Assembly: GCA_964647565.1 (NCBI GenBank)
Contig: CAZYIM010000037.1
Location: 1-19,287, forward strand
Reading direction: 5' to 3'
DNA: 19,287 nucleotides
Origin: an uncultured Methanosarcinales archaeon
Lineage (GTDB): Archaea; Nanobdellota; Nanobdellia; Woesearchaeales; CAZYIM01
In this document: one piece after another, positions 17,851 to 19,287 of the stretch
Position numbering within the stretch: position 1 is the first letter of the stretch
Layout: every line of letters begins with the position of its first letter
Notes under the pieces: generated by a model
The model's database searches: none
The model's input: the letters and a program-made list of their open reading frames with translations, nothing else
Told to the model about the DNA's origin: nothing
Made by a program: the position numbers and the translations under genes

Positions 17851-19287
17851 ATGATGATGTTAACACCACAACAGGAAGCAGCTCAGATGTTTGTTACAGA
17901 GCAGGCTGCTGAAGTTCGAACACTAGATAATCTTACAACGCACAACGTGCCAGCAGGTCTGGCATTTCAGGATTCAAAACTGGATTCTTTGCTTGATGCT
18001 GCTCAGAGGCAGCAGAGCAAGGGTGATTATCAAACCAGCGTTGAGACCTTAAAGAAGTTTGAAGCTGTACCTGGTTCTGCTGATGATGCTGAATTAGTAA
18101 GGTATGAATACTTAACGCTACGCGCTAGCGATGTCTTGAAGACATTCACAGTTGCCCAGGTTGACAGGATTGTTGAGCATAAACAGGTGCTTGATGATCA
18201 GACCAATCTTGCTGAGATATATTTTCGGGCTGCACGTTTCAAGTATCATGCTGATGAACTTAAAAGTGCAAGAAAATATCTAAAAAAAGCAAAGAAATTT
18301 GTTGAGAATGAGCCTGAATGGGCAGATGACATTGCAAGGCTTGATGCTCTGCTTAATCCCCGAGTCTCTGTTGGTGACAAACGCTATGACATTTATAATA
18401 TCAATGTACCTGGCAACAGTCTGGATTGTATTAATGGGGAATATGCCTTAGGTATAATGGTAATACCAGGCAGGTTTGGTAAGAACTCTGCTATAGCTCA
18501 ATTGGGTGGTAGATCTGTAGGTGGTTGGTCTACAGGTGTTGCCAAAGCTGCTGTATTTAATTTTATTGGCCATCATTTTCTTCGTGATGTACCACTTGAA
18601 TTTGACGCTAAATTTGTGGAGATGAATCCTGCAAAAACCCTTAAAGGTTATGGTAGGTTGCCTGAATCAGAGATGTTTACACTAGGAATAAGAAAAAAAT
18701 TCCCTCTTTGGTATGTTGAAGGTAAGGTTGGTGGCAAAGGTATTGAATATTCCAAGAATGCTTCTTTTACCCAGAAGGAGGATGGAAGCCATACTATGAA
18801 TGGCGGTGACGAACTTTCAAAGATATTTGCCAATCAATTCAAGGAGAAATATGGACATGAGATTCCTGCTGGCTCAAAAGTTGATCTGACTATTAGCGAT
18901 AATGATGCCTCGGGAGGCCCGTTCTACTTTAATGTTGGAGCAGGTGTGCATGGGATAATGCTGGACAAGAGATATGGCACTATGCTTGATTGGGCAGGAC
19001 TTTCTTTTGAAAGATTTGTCCGTGAAACTTCTGGAATAGTTATGGATCTTAGCACTCCTGACAATAGTTGGGCTGGCTATAGCACTGAAGAACAGGATAT
19101 AGGCCATATGAAAGACAGGAAATCTAGATTTGAGTCATATGATCTTATGCTAAGAGCAGAGGCTTCGTTGATTCAGAATAAGAGATTTGATCTTGCAGTC
19201 CAGTACAATAGGATGCTTGCTGACTTTGTCCAGGATGATAAAGGCTTGCCATTTATCCAGGACTTGCTTCAGGCCCAAAGGACCAAA
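17851..19287 (+). CDS. Array paralogue P7 (3'-partial, not in the ORF track): leader + short TPR-like module + beta-rich domain
   Basis: Manual translation gives 479 stop-free codons to the window end: MMMLTPQQEAAQMFVTEQAAEVRTLDNLTTHNVPAGLAF...NLAEIYFRAARFKY...IPGRFGKNS...FIGHHFLRD...VGAGVHG...LMLRAEASLIQNK...GLPFIQDLLQAQRTK. AAGGAG lies at 17836-17841. Confidence 0.92.
   Translation, partial: MMMLTPQQEAAQMFVTEQAAEVRTLDNLTTHNVPAGLAFQDSKLDSLLDAAQRQQSKGDYQTSVETLKKFEAVPGSADDAELVRYEYLTLRASDVLKTFTVAQVDRIVEHKQVLDDQTNLAEIYFRAARFKYHADELKSARKYLKKAKKFVENEPEWADDIARLDALLNPRVSVGDKRYDIYNINVPGNSLDCINGEYALGIMVIPGRFGKNSAIAQLGGRSVGGWSTGVAKAAVFNFIGHHFLRDVPLEFDAKFVEMNPAKTLKGYGRLPESEMFTLGIRKKFPLWYVEGKVGGKGIEYSKNASFTQKEDGSHTMNGGDELSKIFANQFKEKYGHEIPAGSKVDLTISDNDASGGPFYFNVGAGVHGIMLDKRYGTMLDWAGLSFERFVRETSGIVMDLSTPDNSWAGYSTEEQDIGHMKDRKSRFESYDLMLRAEASLIQNKRFDLAVQYNRMLADFVQDDKGLPFIQDLLQAQRTK
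17866..17961 (+). repeat. 96-nt leader-encoding direct repeat, copy 7 (P7)
   Basis: Encodes PQQEAAQMFVTEQAAEVRTLDNLTTHNVPAGL. Confidence 0.9.

Noticed and set aside
6159..17961. Regularly recurring direct repeats read as a CRISPR array
   Set aside because: The repeats are 96 nt, in-frame coding, vary at synonymous sites and lie 1.6-2.5 kb apart. No cas genes are present.
130..19107. Short minus-strand and alternate-frame ORFs (61-150 aa) in the track
   Set aside because: They lie within or largely overlap long + strand genes and have no recognisable motifs. The similar antisense ORFs at 7762, 13353 and 15887 are just mirrors of the leader repeat.
6147..19287. Integron cassette array or shufflon
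   Set aside because: Genes overlap or abut, leaving no room for attC sites. All repeats are direct rather than inverted, and no integrase or invertase is visible.
1..19287. Taxonomic assignment (e.g. DPANN archaeon from GGTGA-type ribosome-binding sites, or diderm bacterium from beta-barrel-like domains)
   Set aside because: The window has no marker genes, and the SD motifs (GGAGG, GGTGA) fit both domains of life.

Overview
The window is a dense run of nine + strand genes with no housekeeping, phage or mobile-element hallmarks. Gene 1 (probably 5'-truncated) encodes three ~170-180 aa tandem repeats of unknown type, a basic linker and a C-terminal clan CD (caspase/legumain-like) cysteine peptidase domain with a His-Gly/Cys dyad and an EF-hand-like loop. 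After a terminator-like hairpin, gene 2 encodes a 1220 aa TPR protein with a Sec-type signal peptide. It is followed by a tightly spaced, probably translationally coupled array of at least seven paralogues (P1-P7; P7 runs off the window and is absent from the ORF track). Each paralogue has a near-invariant 32-aa non-hydrophobic N-terminal leader (PQQEAAQMFxAEQAAEVxTLDNLTTHNVPAGL, conserved at DNA level), a short or long TPR-like helical module and a divergent Gly/aromatic-rich beta-strand C-terminal domain that resembles a beta-barrel. The N- and C-terminal modules appear shuffled between paralogues. I recognise no named system, so the locus is a candidate undescribed leader-addressed export, processing or assembly system. 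That function is inference only.
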